In this document: one piece after another, positions 11,808 to 24,979 of the stretch
Layout of the letters: every line of letters starts with the position of its first letter
Numbering within the stretch: the first letter of the stretch is position 1
DNA from: Octopus vulgaris
Taxonomy: Eukaryota
Direction: 5' to 3'
Assembly: GCA_951406725.2 (NCBI GenBank)
Contig: OX597842.1
Span: 24,366,001 to 24,430,000 of the forward strand
Length of the DNA: 64,000 bases
Position numbers and translations under genes: made by a program
The notes under the pieces: model-generated
Told to the model about the DNA's origin: nothing
Seen by the model: only the letters and a program-made list of their open reading frames with translations
Databases searched by the model: none

Positions 11808-12270
11808 TATTGTTCTATAGTATACAAGCACAAAATATAATTTTGCTTCCTTTTTTATATATTTCTATTGCTTATGTTTCCAGCAGTTCTGATCTTCATC
11901 AATATCTGAAGATGATACAAACACCTTTGCAGATATCTCCCGCTCCAAACAGAATGTGAAAGACTTTAGCAAATATTCCAGGCAATGATAGAAACAAATG
12001 TTGCCATCAATTCAGAAGAAATATTTCACAGTTTTCCACCATAGACAAATCGTATAAACAGAGTTATGTCAAATATTTATAACATCTTCCATTAGATGAT
12101 CAATATTCATGAAGTATCACTAACATTTCACATCCTGAATTGACACAGAAACAGAAGAAGATATAGGAAAGACTTAAAAAGCAGAGATTCAACTATAAAA
12201 AAATATAACTACATCTTCATAATAATAAACTGTGGATATAATCCTTTAATTTGTCTTTGAAATTTATTTA

Positions 12271-12531
<261 letters not shown>

Positions 12532-12599
12532 TTATGTGCCAGCGGCCAGAGGAGGCTGGCAAATGGCCACGGTCGGTTGGTGCTTTTATGTGTCACAGG

Positions 12600-12961
12600 T
12601 CCTCAAAATTTACTTCATGAGTGATATAGGATAATAAACCCAAAGGAGGTGTCAAAAATTCAGACGATGGGTCATGTTAGATGCAGTATCAACTGCCACA
12701 AAGGGAAACATATCCACTGACAGCTTTTCGGTGCATTCAAAAACCACAAACCCTCCACCCCCAATTTTCTACGACTGGTTAGGGCAAGGAATACTCAGAC
12801 AAATGACAAGTCGCTTAGTCCAATTAGCCCATCATTTACTCCACAAATGTTTTGTCATCAATGCAGCACTTTCCTATATCACCTGTTTCAACATAACTGT
12901 AATATATATATACACAAACTATGACATTTTAATACTGAGCAATGCCGGGTATCTCTGCTAG
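12600..12961 (+). mobile_element. Helitron 3' end (inverted duplicate of ~35374-35720)
   Basis: CTGAGCAATGCCGGGTATCTCTGCTAG|T: hairpin remnant plus CTAG. Confidence 0.6.
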
Positions 12962-13008
12962 TCATTCGATAAAATATAATAGGAGAAAAATATTAAAAAA
13001 AAAAAATA

Positions 13009-13410
13009 CGCATGAGTGGCTGTGTGGTAAGTAGCTTGTTTACCAACCACATGGTTCCGGGTTCAGTCCCACTGCGTGGCACCTTGGGCAAGTGTCTTCT
13101 GATATAGCCTCGGGCCGACCAATGCCTAGTGAGTGAATTTGGTAGACGGAAACTGAAAGAAGCCTGTCCTATATATGTATATATATATATATGTATGTGT
13201 GTGTATATGTTTGTGTGTGTGTTTGTCCCCCTAGCATTGCTTGACAACCGATGCTGGTGTGTTTACGTCCTGGTCACTTAGCGGTTCGGCAAAATAGACC
13301 GATACAATAAGAACTGGGCTTACAAAAAATAAGTCCCGGGGTTGAGTTGCTCGATTAAAGGCGGTGCTCCAGCATAGCCGCAGTCAAAATGACTGAAACA
13401 AGTAAGAAAA
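13009..13410 (+). mobile_element. tRNA-derived SINE
   Basis: Same family as 9480-10113; inverted duplicate of ~34930-35320. Confidence 0.8.
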
Positions 13411-13435
13411 AGATAATACATGTGAGAGTGAATAG

Positions 13436-14035
13436 TTTGTAACATATTTCCACTTTAAAATCGAGCATTTTGGCAATTTTAACCAATTAAATACGTCCAT
13501 TTGGAGTGAAAACATACCGTGCTGCATGAATATCTCCCTTGTTTAAGAAACAAATTGGGTTAATTTACATTTGCGAAGAAAAGAAGATACCCTTCCCCCA
13601 TCCCTAACCCTAAAATAGATTGAAATGCAAAGATCGATACTAAGGTCATAATTATGGGTGACATTTTCATTTGACACCACTACAGAAAATGGGATTTTTT
13701 TCTAGCGGTGTCAAATGAAAATGTCACCCATAATTACAACCCTAGTATCGATCTTTGCATTTCAATCTATTTTTGGGTTAGGGGTGGGGAAGGGTATCTT
13801 TTTTTCTTTGCAAATCTAAATAAACCCACTCTGGACATATTTGATTAGTTAAAATTGCTGAAATATTCGATTGTAAAGTGGAAATATGTTACAAACTATA
13901 GAATTTTCTCAATAAAGCCAAGAAAAAATGATGTTTTATAAACACATTCTACCAGTATATGAAGTTTAAAAGTGTTTAGTTAACTAGAAATTGTGTTGAC
14001 ATATGCCGTTCAAAACGAAAAGATCAGCGCAAACT
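13436..14035. mobile_element. Head-to-head pair of GGATCTTTTC-family MITE pieces forming an inverted repeat centred near 13690
   Basis: Arms ~13436-13685 and ~13700-13900 are reverse complements; CCCTAA repeats; homolog at ~46850-47340. Confidence 0.65.
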
Positions 14036-14292
14036 TGTACGAAGTACAGACGTCTGCGTGTTAATATATATCTCAGGAAAAACAGCCTTCTTATATTCAA
14101 TAAGCTTGGTGGCACCCTAGTAGTACATATCATTGTGGAAAACGTAAAACCACCTATAATTGTTATATATATATTAATTACCAGAGTCAAGTGGTCCCGC
14201 TGTGCGCTAGCTAGTTGTGACTAGTCGATCCTACGACTACCTAGTGCGAGTGCACATATGCAAATTAATAGATGCGTGCATGTGCAAAGCAC

Positions 14293-14600
14293 GTACTATA
14301 AATCCTCGAGTATAATCCGCATTTTTTCCCCAAATATTTAAAGGTCAAAATCCCAGGTGCATATTATACACGAGGTTAAAAATGAAAATATTTTCTAAGC
14401 AATGTCCGAGTCTCTCTTTGCTGTCCGGCAATGTTTATTCAAACGCATTTTGTGATGTCGGGCGTGAAAATACCTTAAGCTAAGCCTGAAAGCAATGAAG
14501 TCATAAAAGAATCATCCATAACTTGCAGTAAGCAACATTTATTAAACGTTATTACTGTTATTTCTTTATTTTCTGCAAACAAAATGCACAAAAAAGCACA
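14293..14600. mobile_element. Tc1/pogo-like non-autonomous DNA element fragment (homolog ~46010-46526; TIR scraps at ~6240-6268 and ~6457-6490)
   Basis: End TA-C(C/T)GTAAATCCTCGAGTATA recurs at several sites. Confidence 0.45.
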
Positions 14601-14612
14601 AAAAGAAATACC

Positions 14613-15283
14613 AGATCTTTTCCTTTTGAACGGCAGTTTTCAACACAATTTCTAGTTAACTAAACACTTTTAAACTTCGTATACTGGTAGAATGTGTCAA
14701 AAGAAAACATTTTTTTCTCTTGGCTTTCTTGAGTAAATTGTAATTTGTTTGTTTAACGTAGTCCAATTTTTCGAATTTTAACCAATCAATGGCCTCTATT
14801 CAGCTAAAATCATTTCCTGCGTTTAAAACTGAGACAACATCACCCTAACCCTAAATTCTAGCCTTTCCTTTTTTTTTTCTCAAATGTTAACTTAATTTAA
14901 GGATAACAATTAAGAAAAAAAAACCGCTAAAATGAAAGCAAAAACTCAACAAAAACAAAACTAATAATTTTAGACACACACGAAACAAATAAATTAATTT
15001 AACAATTAAGAAAAAAAAACAAAAGGCTAAAATTTAGTGTTAGGGTTAGTGACAGGATGTTGTCTCAGTTTTAGACGCAGCAAATGATTTAGCTCAATAG
15101 AGGCCATTGATTGGTTAAAATTCTAAAAATTAAACTACGTTAAACAAACAAATTACAATTTACTCAAGAAAGCCAAGAGAAAAAAATGTTTTATTTTGAT
15201 ACATTCTACCAGTATACGAAGTTTAAAAGTGTTTAGTTAACTAGAAATTTTGTTGAAAACTGCCGTTCAAAAGGAAAAGATCT
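14613..15283. mobile_element. Foldback (palindromic) GGATCTTTTC-family element just 3' of locus C
   Basis: Arms of ~220+ bp are near-perfect reverse complements: AGATCTTTTCCTTTTGAACGGCAG...CTGCCGTTCAAAAGGAAAAGATCT. Confidence 0.8.
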
Positions 15284-15565
15284 GACTTAGTGTAATTTAC
15301 TGCAGATATTACAGTGCTATGGTTTCTCTCCTGTATGAATGTTTTTATGAGAGGTTAAAGAGGGCAAGCAAGACAATGATTTACCACAAATATCACACTC
15401 ATACAGTTTCTCTCCAGTATGAATGGATTTGTGATAAGTAAGAGTATGCTTATGGGAGAATGATTTACAACAAATACGACATTGATATGGTTTCTCTCCT
15501 GTATGAATGGATTTGTGAGAATCAAGGTAACGTCTTTGAGAGAATGATATTTCACAGACATCACA

Positions 15566-16957
15566 TTAATGAGGTTTCTCTCCTGTATGAATGTATTTGT
15601 GTTTAGTAAGGCCTATCTTCTGAGAGAATGATTTACCACAAATATCACACTGATAAGGTTTCTCTCCTGTATGAGTGGATTTGTGTCTAGTAAGGTTACT
15701 TCTCTGAGAGAATGATTTACCACAAATATCACAGTGATGTGAGTTCTCTCCTGTATGAATGGATTTGTGAGTAGAAAGGTTACTTTTTTGAGAGAATGAT
15801 TTACCACAAATATCACAGTGATATGGGTTCTCTCCTGTATGAATGTATTTGTGAGAAGAAAAGTTACTTTTTTGAGAGAATGATTTACCACAAATATCAC
15901 AGTGAAAAGGTTTCTCTCCTGTATGAGTGGATTTGTGTCTAGTAAGGTTACTTCTCTGAGAGAATGATTTACCACAAATATCACAGTGATAAGGTGTTTC
16001 TCCTGTATGAATGGATTTGTGAGAAGTAAGGCTGTGCTTATGGGAGAATGATTTACCACAAATATCACACTGATATGGTTTCTCTCCTGTATGAATGGAT
16101 TTGTGAGAAGTAAGGCTGTGCTTATGGGAGAATGATTTACCACAAATATCACACTGATATGGTTTCTCTCCTGTATGAATAGATTTGTGAGAAGTAAGTC
16201 TATGCTTTTGAGAGAATGATTTACCACAAATATCACATTCATATGGTTTCTCTCCTGTATGAATGGATATGTGAGAAGTAAGGTTGTGCTTATGGGAGAA
16301 TGATTTACCACAAATATCACACTGATATGGTTTCTCTCCTGTATGAATGGATTTGTGAGGAGTAAGTCTATGCTTATGAGAGAATGATTTACCACAAATA
16401 TCACAGTGATATGGTTTCTCTCCTGTATGACTGTGTTTGTGAGAGGTAAGGCTACTCCTATTAGGAAATGATTTACCACAAATATCACAGTGATAAGGTT
16501 TCTCTCCTGTATGAGTGGATTTGTGTCTTGTAAGGTTACTTTTACCAGAGAATGATTTACCACAAATATCACACTGATATGGTTTCTCACCTGTATGACT
16601 GTATTTGTGAGAGGTAAGGCTACTGATATGAGAGAATGATTTACCACAAATATCACAGTGATAAGGTTTCTCTCCTGTATGAGTGGATTTGTGCCTTGTA
16701 AGGTTACTTTTATCAGAGAATGATTTACCACAAATATCACACTGATATGGTTTCTCACCTGTATGAATGTATTTGTGAGAGGTAAGGCTACTGATATGAG
16801 AGAATGATTTACCACAAATATCACAATGATATTGTTTCCCCCCTGCATGAATGAACTTGTGAACAGTGAGATTTCCCTTATTAGAAAATGTCTTTTTACA
16901 GATATCACATTGGTATGATAACTTTTCTCTTTCTTTTGTCATCTCCTGGGAATTCAT
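15566..16957 (-). CDS. C2H2 zinc-finger protein, locus C (16 fingers; three more in-frame fingers after TAA, to 15317)
   Basis: ORF 15566-16981; ATG at 16957; acceptor at ~17285. Confidence 0.88.
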   Translation of the reverse strand: MNSQEMTKEREKLSYQCDICKKTFSNKGNLTVHKFIHAGGKQYHCDICGKSFSHISSLTSHKYIHTGEKPYQCDICGKSFSDKSNLTRHKSTHTGEKPYHCDICGKSFSHISSLTSHKYSHTGEKPYQCDICGKSFSGKSNLTRHKSTHTGEKPYHCDICGKSFPNRSSLTSHKHSHTGEKPYHCDICGKSFSHKHRLTPHKSIHTGEKPYQCDICGKSFSHKHNLTSHISIHTGEKPYECDICGKSFSQKHRLTSHKSIHTGEKPYQCDICGKSFSHKHSLTSHKSIHTGEKPYQCDICGKSFSHKHSLTSHKSIHTGETPYHCDICGKSFSQRSNLTRHKSTHTGEKPFHCDICGKSFSQKSNFSSHKYIHTGENPYHCDICGKSFSQKSNLSTHKSIHTGENSHHCDICGKSFSQRSNLTRHKSTHTGEKPYQCDICGKSFSQKIGLTKHKYIHTGEKPH

Positions 16958-19236
16958 TATTGTTCTATAGTATACAAGCACAAAATATAATTTTGCTTCC
17001 TTTTTAATATATTTCTATTGCTTATATTTCCAGCAGTTCTGATCTTCATCAATATCTGAAGATGATACAAACACCTTTGCAGATATCTCCCGCTCCAAAC
17101 AGAATGTGAAATACTTTAGCAAATATTCCAGGCAATGATGGAAACAAATGTTGCCATTAATTCAGAAGAAATATTTCACAGTTTTCAACCATAGAAAAAT
17201 CATATAAACAGAGTTATGTCAAATATTTATAACATCTTCCATTAGATGATCAATATTCATGAAGTATCACTAACATTTCACCTCCTGAAATGACACAGAA
17301 ACAGAAGAAGATATAGGAAAGACTTAAAAAGCAGAGATTCAACTATAAAAAATATATAACTACATCTTCATAATGATAAACTGTGGATATAATCCTTTAA
17401 TTTGTCTTTGAAATTTATTTATGGTAATTTATAATATGGTAACCCTTTTGTTACCATATTTCTGCTGAGATTCAGTGTGTTTCTTTCAATTATTTTAAAT
17501 ATAATAAAGAACTTAGTGAACTAACTTAGTTATCATTCAACAAGTGTTAGGAACATAAATTCGAAGTAAGGTTTGGTGGAGATTTTAATTCAAAACTTAT
17601 GAAATCAAAACATTTTACCACAGAGCCAGAGCCGGTTTTGGCCGGGTTAGTAACAAAAGGGTGTGGTCTTTGAAATTTATTTTGTTATTAAAATTATATG
17701 ATACAACCTTGTGTAATGTCTACATATACACGGACTTCAGTTCCTCTTCCTTCAGATATTATGTAAAACATTATCCCTTTAGTGTTCAGATTATTCTGTT
17801 AAATGTAATTCTTTTTCACTCAAATTCTTTTGAATTAATCATGCATTATCTTATAGCTTTCAGGTTTCAATGATGTGATTGTTTATTTCTAGAATGTCAA
17901 TGTAGGTTAAGTGTGAGAGGCCAGATACCGCCAGTTTGAATATAAAACATGCAGAATATCTGGGCCTGATATGGCCGGTTTAAACAATAAAGGGTTCAAC
18001 TATAGGATATTGGACAATAATATGATAAGTGACTACTGTTTAACCCTAGGTTATCCCTTACTGAGCAGATCTATTATTAATGAAATTAGGTAATGTTCAT
18101 GATTGTTACAACTTCTGTAACAGATCAAACATAAACATAAACTACAATTTAGTGAACCAACCCATCATGACTTTTCCTCTCGTAACTTTATTAATAATAA
18201 AAACAAACTGCACTCACATATGTTGAAGGTGTGGTCACTAATTTAGAGAAAGTGTTCTGTGAATTGACGTATGAAGAGTAGAGCCAGGACAGAATGGCGA
18301 TCCTTCGGTATAGGTACACAAGTGACTTTGCTTACATTTCTAAAGATAACAGAACCCCCCACCCCCACATAAAAAACACCTTTTTGAAATGTATCCGGTA
18401 CTTCCGGAAGTACACCGGTACTTATACCGTAAGATCGCCTTTCTTTTTAAAACAAAGTAAATAAAACACAAAAACACAGGTACTACTAGCGAAGACTGGT
18501 CCCGGTATGCGCTAGCTAGTCGTAAGTAGTCGATCCTACAACGACTTGCGCGTATGCAAATGAGTTGATTTTACAGAATAAAATAAAAGAATTTTTTAAA
18601 GAAAGTAAATAAATTATTTCTTAGAACAATGTATATGATTTTTTACACAAATCAAATAAAATGTGTGAGATATATTCTTTTAGTTTTCATATTCTTTAGT
18701 AAATAATTTCTTTTTTAACTAATTAAATAAAACAAAAACACAAAGTAAGGATCTACTAGTCACGACTAACAAGCGCGAGTGCGCACAGCTGGACCACTCT
18801 TCTAGAGTAGTACCCATCGCCAGTTTATGACATTTACCGATTCTGTCTACAAAAGGCTGTATCTGCTTTTTATCATAGTGCTATCACTGGCCACATGTTT
18901 CAGTTAGCTATTGATGTTTTAAGATGTTGCAGATTATTTATTCTGAGAAGCTGAAATGGACAGAATTATTAACGTGTATCATTTTGACAGAATAAACAGC
19001 AAATACAGATGTTTAGCAAATGATACATCTGTGATAAAACAACAAACAGCTTTGAATGGACACAACCAGCAAATGGATTATCTACCAAAATAATTGAAAT
19101 TAAAAACCAGGTGCTTTACTGGACAATAGAATTAATATCGATTTCAGACTAGTATTATTTAAAACTATCAATACTGTCTGGATTTTCCAATTAGCCAGAT
19201 ACATAGGCTTTTACTAAAAAGAAAATATGTATTACA

Positions 19237-20340
19237 ACTTACCTCTGATGATAATTTAGTCGCTGTTTTATAAGAAATATTTTGGTTAATATCTAGATCC
19301 GGTTAATATGGTTAATATCTAGATCCGCACCCGGTGGGAAAAATGGAAACGAAAATGTGTAACAGTTGTAAGGCATCGTATATTGACGAAATAAGACGGA
19401 AAAAAAGCGCACTGGACAAACGGGGGTTGGGGGGGAGGGGGCTCGGGAAATTCCCAGGATCAACCGTAGAGGATCCACGCCCAGGTGGCAAAAATGGAAA
19501 AAAATATGTGTAACAGGTGTAAGGCACCGTATATTGAAGGAATATGACGAAAAAAAAGCGCGCTGACAAACGGGCGGGGGTGGGGAAGGGGGCTCGGAAA
19601 ATTGCCTACGATTTAAAGAAAAATTTACCATCAATTTTCACCATTTTAAACGCATTTCACACACATAGCCCAATATCATAATTCAAAACTAACGCAGCGA
19701 AAATTTTGAAAAGTTCCCCCAGTTCTGAAAAAAATCGATAAATTCGACATGGGGTCGCGAATCAGAAACACAATGGTGAAAATTGATGGTAAATTTTTCT
19801 TTAAATCGTAGGCAATTTTCCGAGCCCCCTCCCCCTCCCCGTTTGTCAGCGCGCTTTTTTTCTTCATATTCATTCAATATACGATGCCTTACACCTGTTA
19901 CACATATTTTTTTCCATTTTTACCACCTGGGCGTGGATCCTCTACGGTTGATTCTGGGAATTTCCCGAGCCCCCTCCCCCCACCCCCGCCCGTTTGTCAG
20001 CGCGCTTTTTTTCCGTCTTATTCCGTCAATATACGATGCCTTACAACTGTTACACATTTTCGTTTCCATTTTTCCAACCGGGTGCGGATCTAGATATTAA
20101 CCAATATTTTTAATTACACACTCGAACGAGCGGGAAATATTACTGGAAGACACATAGAAAAGCCGACACGGAAAGTCAACGAAACGAACTAACAATCCGG
20201 TTGTTGTGCGCTTCGTATTTACTCACTTTACTCACTGTTAATGTTTTTTTATAACTATAATAAATTTTTGAAAATGTGAATTGGGCCAAGGTAACGAATA
20301 GCCACACCACCCGTTTTTGGCGGTTACGGTTACGCAGGAG
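19237..20340 (-). promoter_or_regulatory. Putative promoter and exon 1 of locus C (donor at 19243/19242), interrupted by a foldback element
   Basis: Colinear with 3781-4075 once 19284-20110 is removed. Confidence 0.65.
19284..20102. mobile_element. Merlin-type foldback element with ~330-bp TIRs and 8-bp TSD AATATTTT
   Basis: GGTTAATATCTAGATCCGCACCCG...CGGGTGCGGATCTAGATATTAACC; TSD at 19276-19283 and 20103-20110; the left terminus is stuttered; empty site in paralogs A and D. Confidence 0.85.
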
Positions 20341-20484
20341 TCACATAACATATTTAACTTCTTTATTTTCATATAAAGGATATAAGCTTGTACAACTTAT
20401 AGAACATTGCCATTTTATGAGATTTTGCTGGCAAATTTCAAATTAATGTAAACAATAGCGGTGTTGATGGCAACAACAACATTC

Positions 20485-20620
20485 GGATCTTTTCCTTTTA
20501 AACGGCAGTTTTTTAATATAATTTCTATACTGGTAGAATGTGTTTGTAAAACATCTTTTTCTCATTTTTTACTTACATGGAAATTATTTAAAAAATTTGC
20601 CTGTCAAAAGGAAAAGATCC
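20485..20620. mobile_element. Short internally deleted GGATCTTTTC-family MITE
   Basis: GGATCTTTTCC...GGAAAAGATCC. Confidence 0.6.
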
Positions 20621-20649
20621 CTAAATTGCCTCTCAAAGAAAATTATTTA

Positions 20650-20810
20650 CTAGATATCACAGTGATATGGTCTCTCTCCTGTATGAATGTAATTTGTGTC
20701 TAGTTAAGGTAGCTATCTCGGAGAATGATTTACCACAGATATCACAGTGATATTACTTTAAACTTGAATGAATATATTTGTGAACAGCGAGATTTCACTT
20801 ATTAGAGAAA
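20650..20810 (-). pseudogene. Old zinc-finger remnant (about two degenerate N-terminal fingers)
   Basis: Reverse complement resembles SNK.NL.VHK.I...[11 protein letters not shown]...HTGERPYHCDI with indels. Confidence 0.7.
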
Positions 20811-21226
20811 AACTTCGGTACTGGTATAGATATGTGGTCTACCAGTGTTAAATAGTCTAGCCAGGGTTATATACCTTATCTTTCAGATATTTCAGAGATG
20901 AAACACTTTGTACGTTATAAAGGTATTACAAAAACAGAAATAATACATTTCTAAATATCTCACAGAGATTTATGCAGTAGTGGTACGATAAAGTAGTTGT
21001 ATACTGTCAACTTAATGTGACAGTCCCATGAAGGGAATCATACTACTGCTATTTAGCCCTAGGAAGCAGCAACGTTTCCTGTCTGCCTTGACACATTTCC
21101 TGTGTCCTTATTTTTGCAAGGAATTACACAAATAAGAAAAATTTAATCTTATATTATTTTATATGATAAAGAAATAACACAGATAATCAAGACGATCCAT
21201 TTTAACAATAGACATTTATGGATTTT

Positions 21227-21348
21227 CGTTTCGTTGACTTTCCGTGTCGGCTTTTCTATGTGTCTTCCAGTAATATTTCCCGCTCGTTCGAGTGTGTAAT
21301 TAAAAATATTTCTTATAAAACAGGACTAAATTATCATCAGAGGTAAGT
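21227..21348 (+). promoter_or_regulatory. Putative non-coding exon 1 of locus D (donor GAG|GTAAGT at 21342/21343); upstream promoter homology missing
   Basis: TTCGTTTCGTTGACTTTCCGTGTCGGC block; similarity to A/C/F stops abruptly at ~21226. Confidence 0.65.
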
Positions 21349-23641
21349 TGTAATACATATTTTCTTTTTAGTAAAAGCCTATGTATCTGGCTAATTGGAA
21401 AATCCAGACAGTATTGATAGTTTTCAATAATACTAGTCTGAAATCGATATTAATTCTATTGTCCAGTAAAGCACCTGGTTTTTAATTTCAATTATTTTGG
21501 TAGATAAACCATTTGCTGGTTGTGTCCATTCAAAGCTGTTTGTTGTTTTATCACAGATGTATCATTTGCTAAACATCTGTATTTGCTGTTTATTCTGTCA
21601 AAATGATACACGTTAATAATTCTGTCCATTTCAGCTTCTCAGAATAAATAATCTGCAACATCATAAAACATCAATAGCTAACTGAAACATGTGGCCAGTG
21701 ATAGCACTATGATAAAAAGCAGATACAGCCTTTTGTAGACAGAATCGGCAAATGTCATAAACTGGCGATGGGTACTACTCTAGAAGAGTGGTCCAGCTGT
21801 GCGCACTCGCGCTTGTTAGTCGTGACTAGTAGATCCTTACTTTGTGTTTTTGTTTTATTTAATTAGTTAAAAAAGAAATTATTTACTAAAGAAAATATCA
21901 CACACATTTTATTTGATTTGTGTAAAAAAATCATATACATTGTTCTAAGAAATAATTTATTTACTTTCTTTAAAAAATTCTCTTATTTTATTCTGTAAAA
22001 TCAACTCATTTGCATACGCGCAAGTCGTTGTAGGATCGACTACTTACGACTAGCAAGCGCGTACCGGGTCCAGTCTTCGCTAGTAGTACCTGTGTTTTTG
22101 TGTTTTATTTACGTTCTTTTAGAAAGGCGATCTTACGGTATAAGTACCGGTGTGCTTCCGGAAGTACCGGATACATTTCAAAAAGGTGTGTTTTTATATG
22201 TGGGTGGGGGGTGGTTTAGGGTTAGGGGTGGGAGAAAAGGGTTTCTGTTGGGGTTCAGTAATGTAAACAAAGTCACGTGTGTACCTATACCGAAGGATCG
22301 CCATTCTGTCCTGGCTCTACTCTTCATACGTCAATTCACAGTACACTTTCTCTAAATTAGTGACCACACCTTCAACATATGTGAGTGCAGTTTGTTTTTA
22401 TTATTAATAAAGTTACGAGAGGAAATGTCATGATGGGTTGGTTCACTAAATTGTAGTTTATGTTTATGTTTGATCTGTTACAGAAGTTGTAACAATCATG
22501 AACATTACCTAATTTCATTAATAATAGATCTGCTCAGTAAGGGATAACCTAGGGTTAAACAGTAGTCACTTATCATATTATTGTCCAATATCCTATAGTT
22601 GAACCCTTTATTGTTTAAACCGGCCATATCAGGCCCAGATATTCTGCATGTTTTATATTCAAACTGGCGGTATCTGGCCTCTCACACCTAACCTACATTG
22701 ACATTCTAGAAATAAACAATCACATCATTGAAACCTGAAAGCTATAAGATAATGCATGATTAATTCAAAACAATTTGAGTGAAAAAGAATTACATTTAAC
22801 AGAATAATCTGAACACTAAAGGGATAATGTTTTACATAATATCTGAAGGAAGAGGAACTGAAGTCCGTGTATATGTAGACATTACACAAGGTTGTATCAT
22901 ATAATTTTAATAACAAAATAAATTTCAAAGACCACACCCTTTTGTTACTAACCCTGCCAAAACCGGCTCTGGCTCTGTGGAAAAATGTCTTGTTTACATA
23001 AGTTTTGAATTAAAGTCTTCCACCAAACCTTAGTTACAATTTATGTTCCTAACACTAGGTGAATGATAATTAAGTTAGTTTACTAAATTGTTTATTATAT
23101 TTAAAATAATTGAAAGAAACACACTGAATCTCAAAAGAAATATGGTAACAAAAGGGTTACCATATTATAAATTACCATAAATAAATTTCAAAGACAAATT
23201 AAAGGATTATATCCACAGTTTATCATTATGAAGATGTAATTATATTTTTTTTATATTTGAATTTCTGCTTTTTGAGACTTTCCTATATCTTCTTCTGTTT
23301 CTGTGTCATTTCAGGAGGTGAAATGTTAGTGATACTTCATGAATATTGATCATCTAATGGAAGATGTTATAAATATTTGACATAACTCTGTTTATACGAT
23401 TTGTCTATGGTGGAAAACTGTGAAATATTTCTTCTGAATTAATGGCAACATTTGTTTCCATCATTGCCTGGAATATTTGCTAAAGTATTTCACATTCTGT
23501 TTGGAGCGGGAGATATCTGTAAAGGTGTTTGTATCATCTTCAGATATTGATGAAGATCAGAACTGCTGGAAATATAAGCAATAGAAATATATAAAAAAGG
23601 AAGCAAAATTATATTTTGTGCTTGTATACTATAGAACAATA

Positions 23642-24946
23642 ATGAATACTCAAGAGATGGCAAAAGAAAGAGAAAAATTATCACACCAATGTGATATGTG
23701 TAAAAAAACTTTTTCTAATAAGGGAAATCTCACTGTTCACAAATTCATTCATGCAGGTAGGAAACCATATCACTGTGATGTCTGTGGTAAATCATTCTCT
23801 CAGAAAAGTAACCTTACCTCTCACAAATCCATTCATACAGGAGAGAAACCATATCAGTGTGATATCTGTGGTAAATCATTCTCTCAAAGGAGTGGCCTTT
23901 CTTATCACAAATCTGTTCATACTGGAGAGAAACCAAATCAGTGTGATATCTGTGGTAAATCATTCTCTCAAAGGAGTGGCCTTTCTTATCACAAATCTGT
24001 TCATACTGGAGAGAAACCAAATCAGTGTGATATCTGTGGTAAATCATTCTCTCAGAAAAGTAGCCTTACCACTCACAAATACATTCATACAGGAGAGAAA
24101 CCATATCAGTGTTATATTTGTGGTAAATCATTCTCCCAGAAGCACAGCCTTACTACTCACATATCCATTCATACAGGGGAGAAACTATATCACTGTGATA
24201 TCTGTGGAAAATCATTCTCTCAGAAAATTCACCTGACTTCTCACAAATACATTCATACAGGAGAAAGACTATATTGCTGTGATATTTGTGGTAAATCATT
24301 TTCTCAAAAGAGTGGCCTTATTTCTCACAAATTCATTCATACAGGAGAGAAACCATATCGATGTGATATTTGTGGTAAATCATTCTCTCAAAGAAATAGT
24401 CTTACTTACCACAAATTCAGTCATACAGGGGAGAAACCACATCCCTGTGATATATGTGGTATATCATTCTCCCAGTTAGGTGACTTAACTAGACACAAAT
24501 ACATTCATACAGGAGAGAAACCAAATCCATGTCATATTTGTGGTAAATCATTCTCCCGTAAGCATAGTCTTACTTCTCACGAATTCATTCATACAGGTGA
24601 GAAACCATATCAGTGTGATATGTGTGGTAAATCATTCCCTCGAAAATGTAACCTTGATTCTCATAAATACATTCATACAGGAGAGAAACCTCATCAATGT
24701 GATGTCTGTGGAATGTCATTCTCTCATAAATGTAACCTTGATTCTCACAAACACATTCATACAGGAGAGAAACCATATCAATGTCGTATGTGTGGTAAAT
24801 CATTCTCCCATAAGCATAGCCTTACTTATCACAAATCCATTCATACTGGAGAGAAACTGTATGAGTGTGATATTTGTGGTAAATCATTGTCTTGCTTGCG
24901 CTCTTTAACCTCTCATAAAAACATTCATACAGGAGAGAAACCATAG
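23642..24946 (+). CDS. C2H2 zinc-finger protein, locus D (15 fingers, intact)
   Basis: ORF 23618-24946; ATG at 23642; acceptor TTTCAG| at 23314. Confidence 0.9.
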   Translation: MNTQEMAKEREKLSHQCDMCKKTFSNKGNLTVHKFIHAGRKPYHCDVCGKSFSQKSNLTSHKSIHTGEKPYQCDICGKSFSQRSGLSYHKSVHTGEKPNQCDICGKSFSQRSGLSYHKSVHTGEKPNQCDICGKSFSQKSSLTTHKYIHTGEKPYQCYICGKSFSQKHSLTTHISIHTGEKLYHCDICGKSFSQKIHLTSHKYIHTGERLYCCDICGKSFSQKSGLISHKFIHTGEKPYRCDICGKSFSQRNSLTYHKFSHTGEKPHPCDICGISFSQLGDLTRHKYIHTGEKPNPCHICGKSFSRKHSLTSHEFIHTGEKPYQCDMCGKSFPRKCNLDSHKYIHTGEKPHQCDVCGMSFSHKCNLDSHKHIHTGEKPYQCRMCGKSFSHKHSLTYHKSIHTGEKLYECDICGKSLSCLRSLTSHKNIHTGEKP

Positions 24947-24979
24947 AACTGTAATATCTGCAGTAAATTACACTAAGTC

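Noticed and set aside
15566-16900. Regular 84-bp repeats with variable cores resembling a CRISPR array
   Set aside because: These are coding C2H2 finger units in eukaryotic DNA; no cas genes.
19293-20100. Paired Pro/Phe-rich ORFs on both strands
   Set aside because: Mirror translations of the foldback TIRs.
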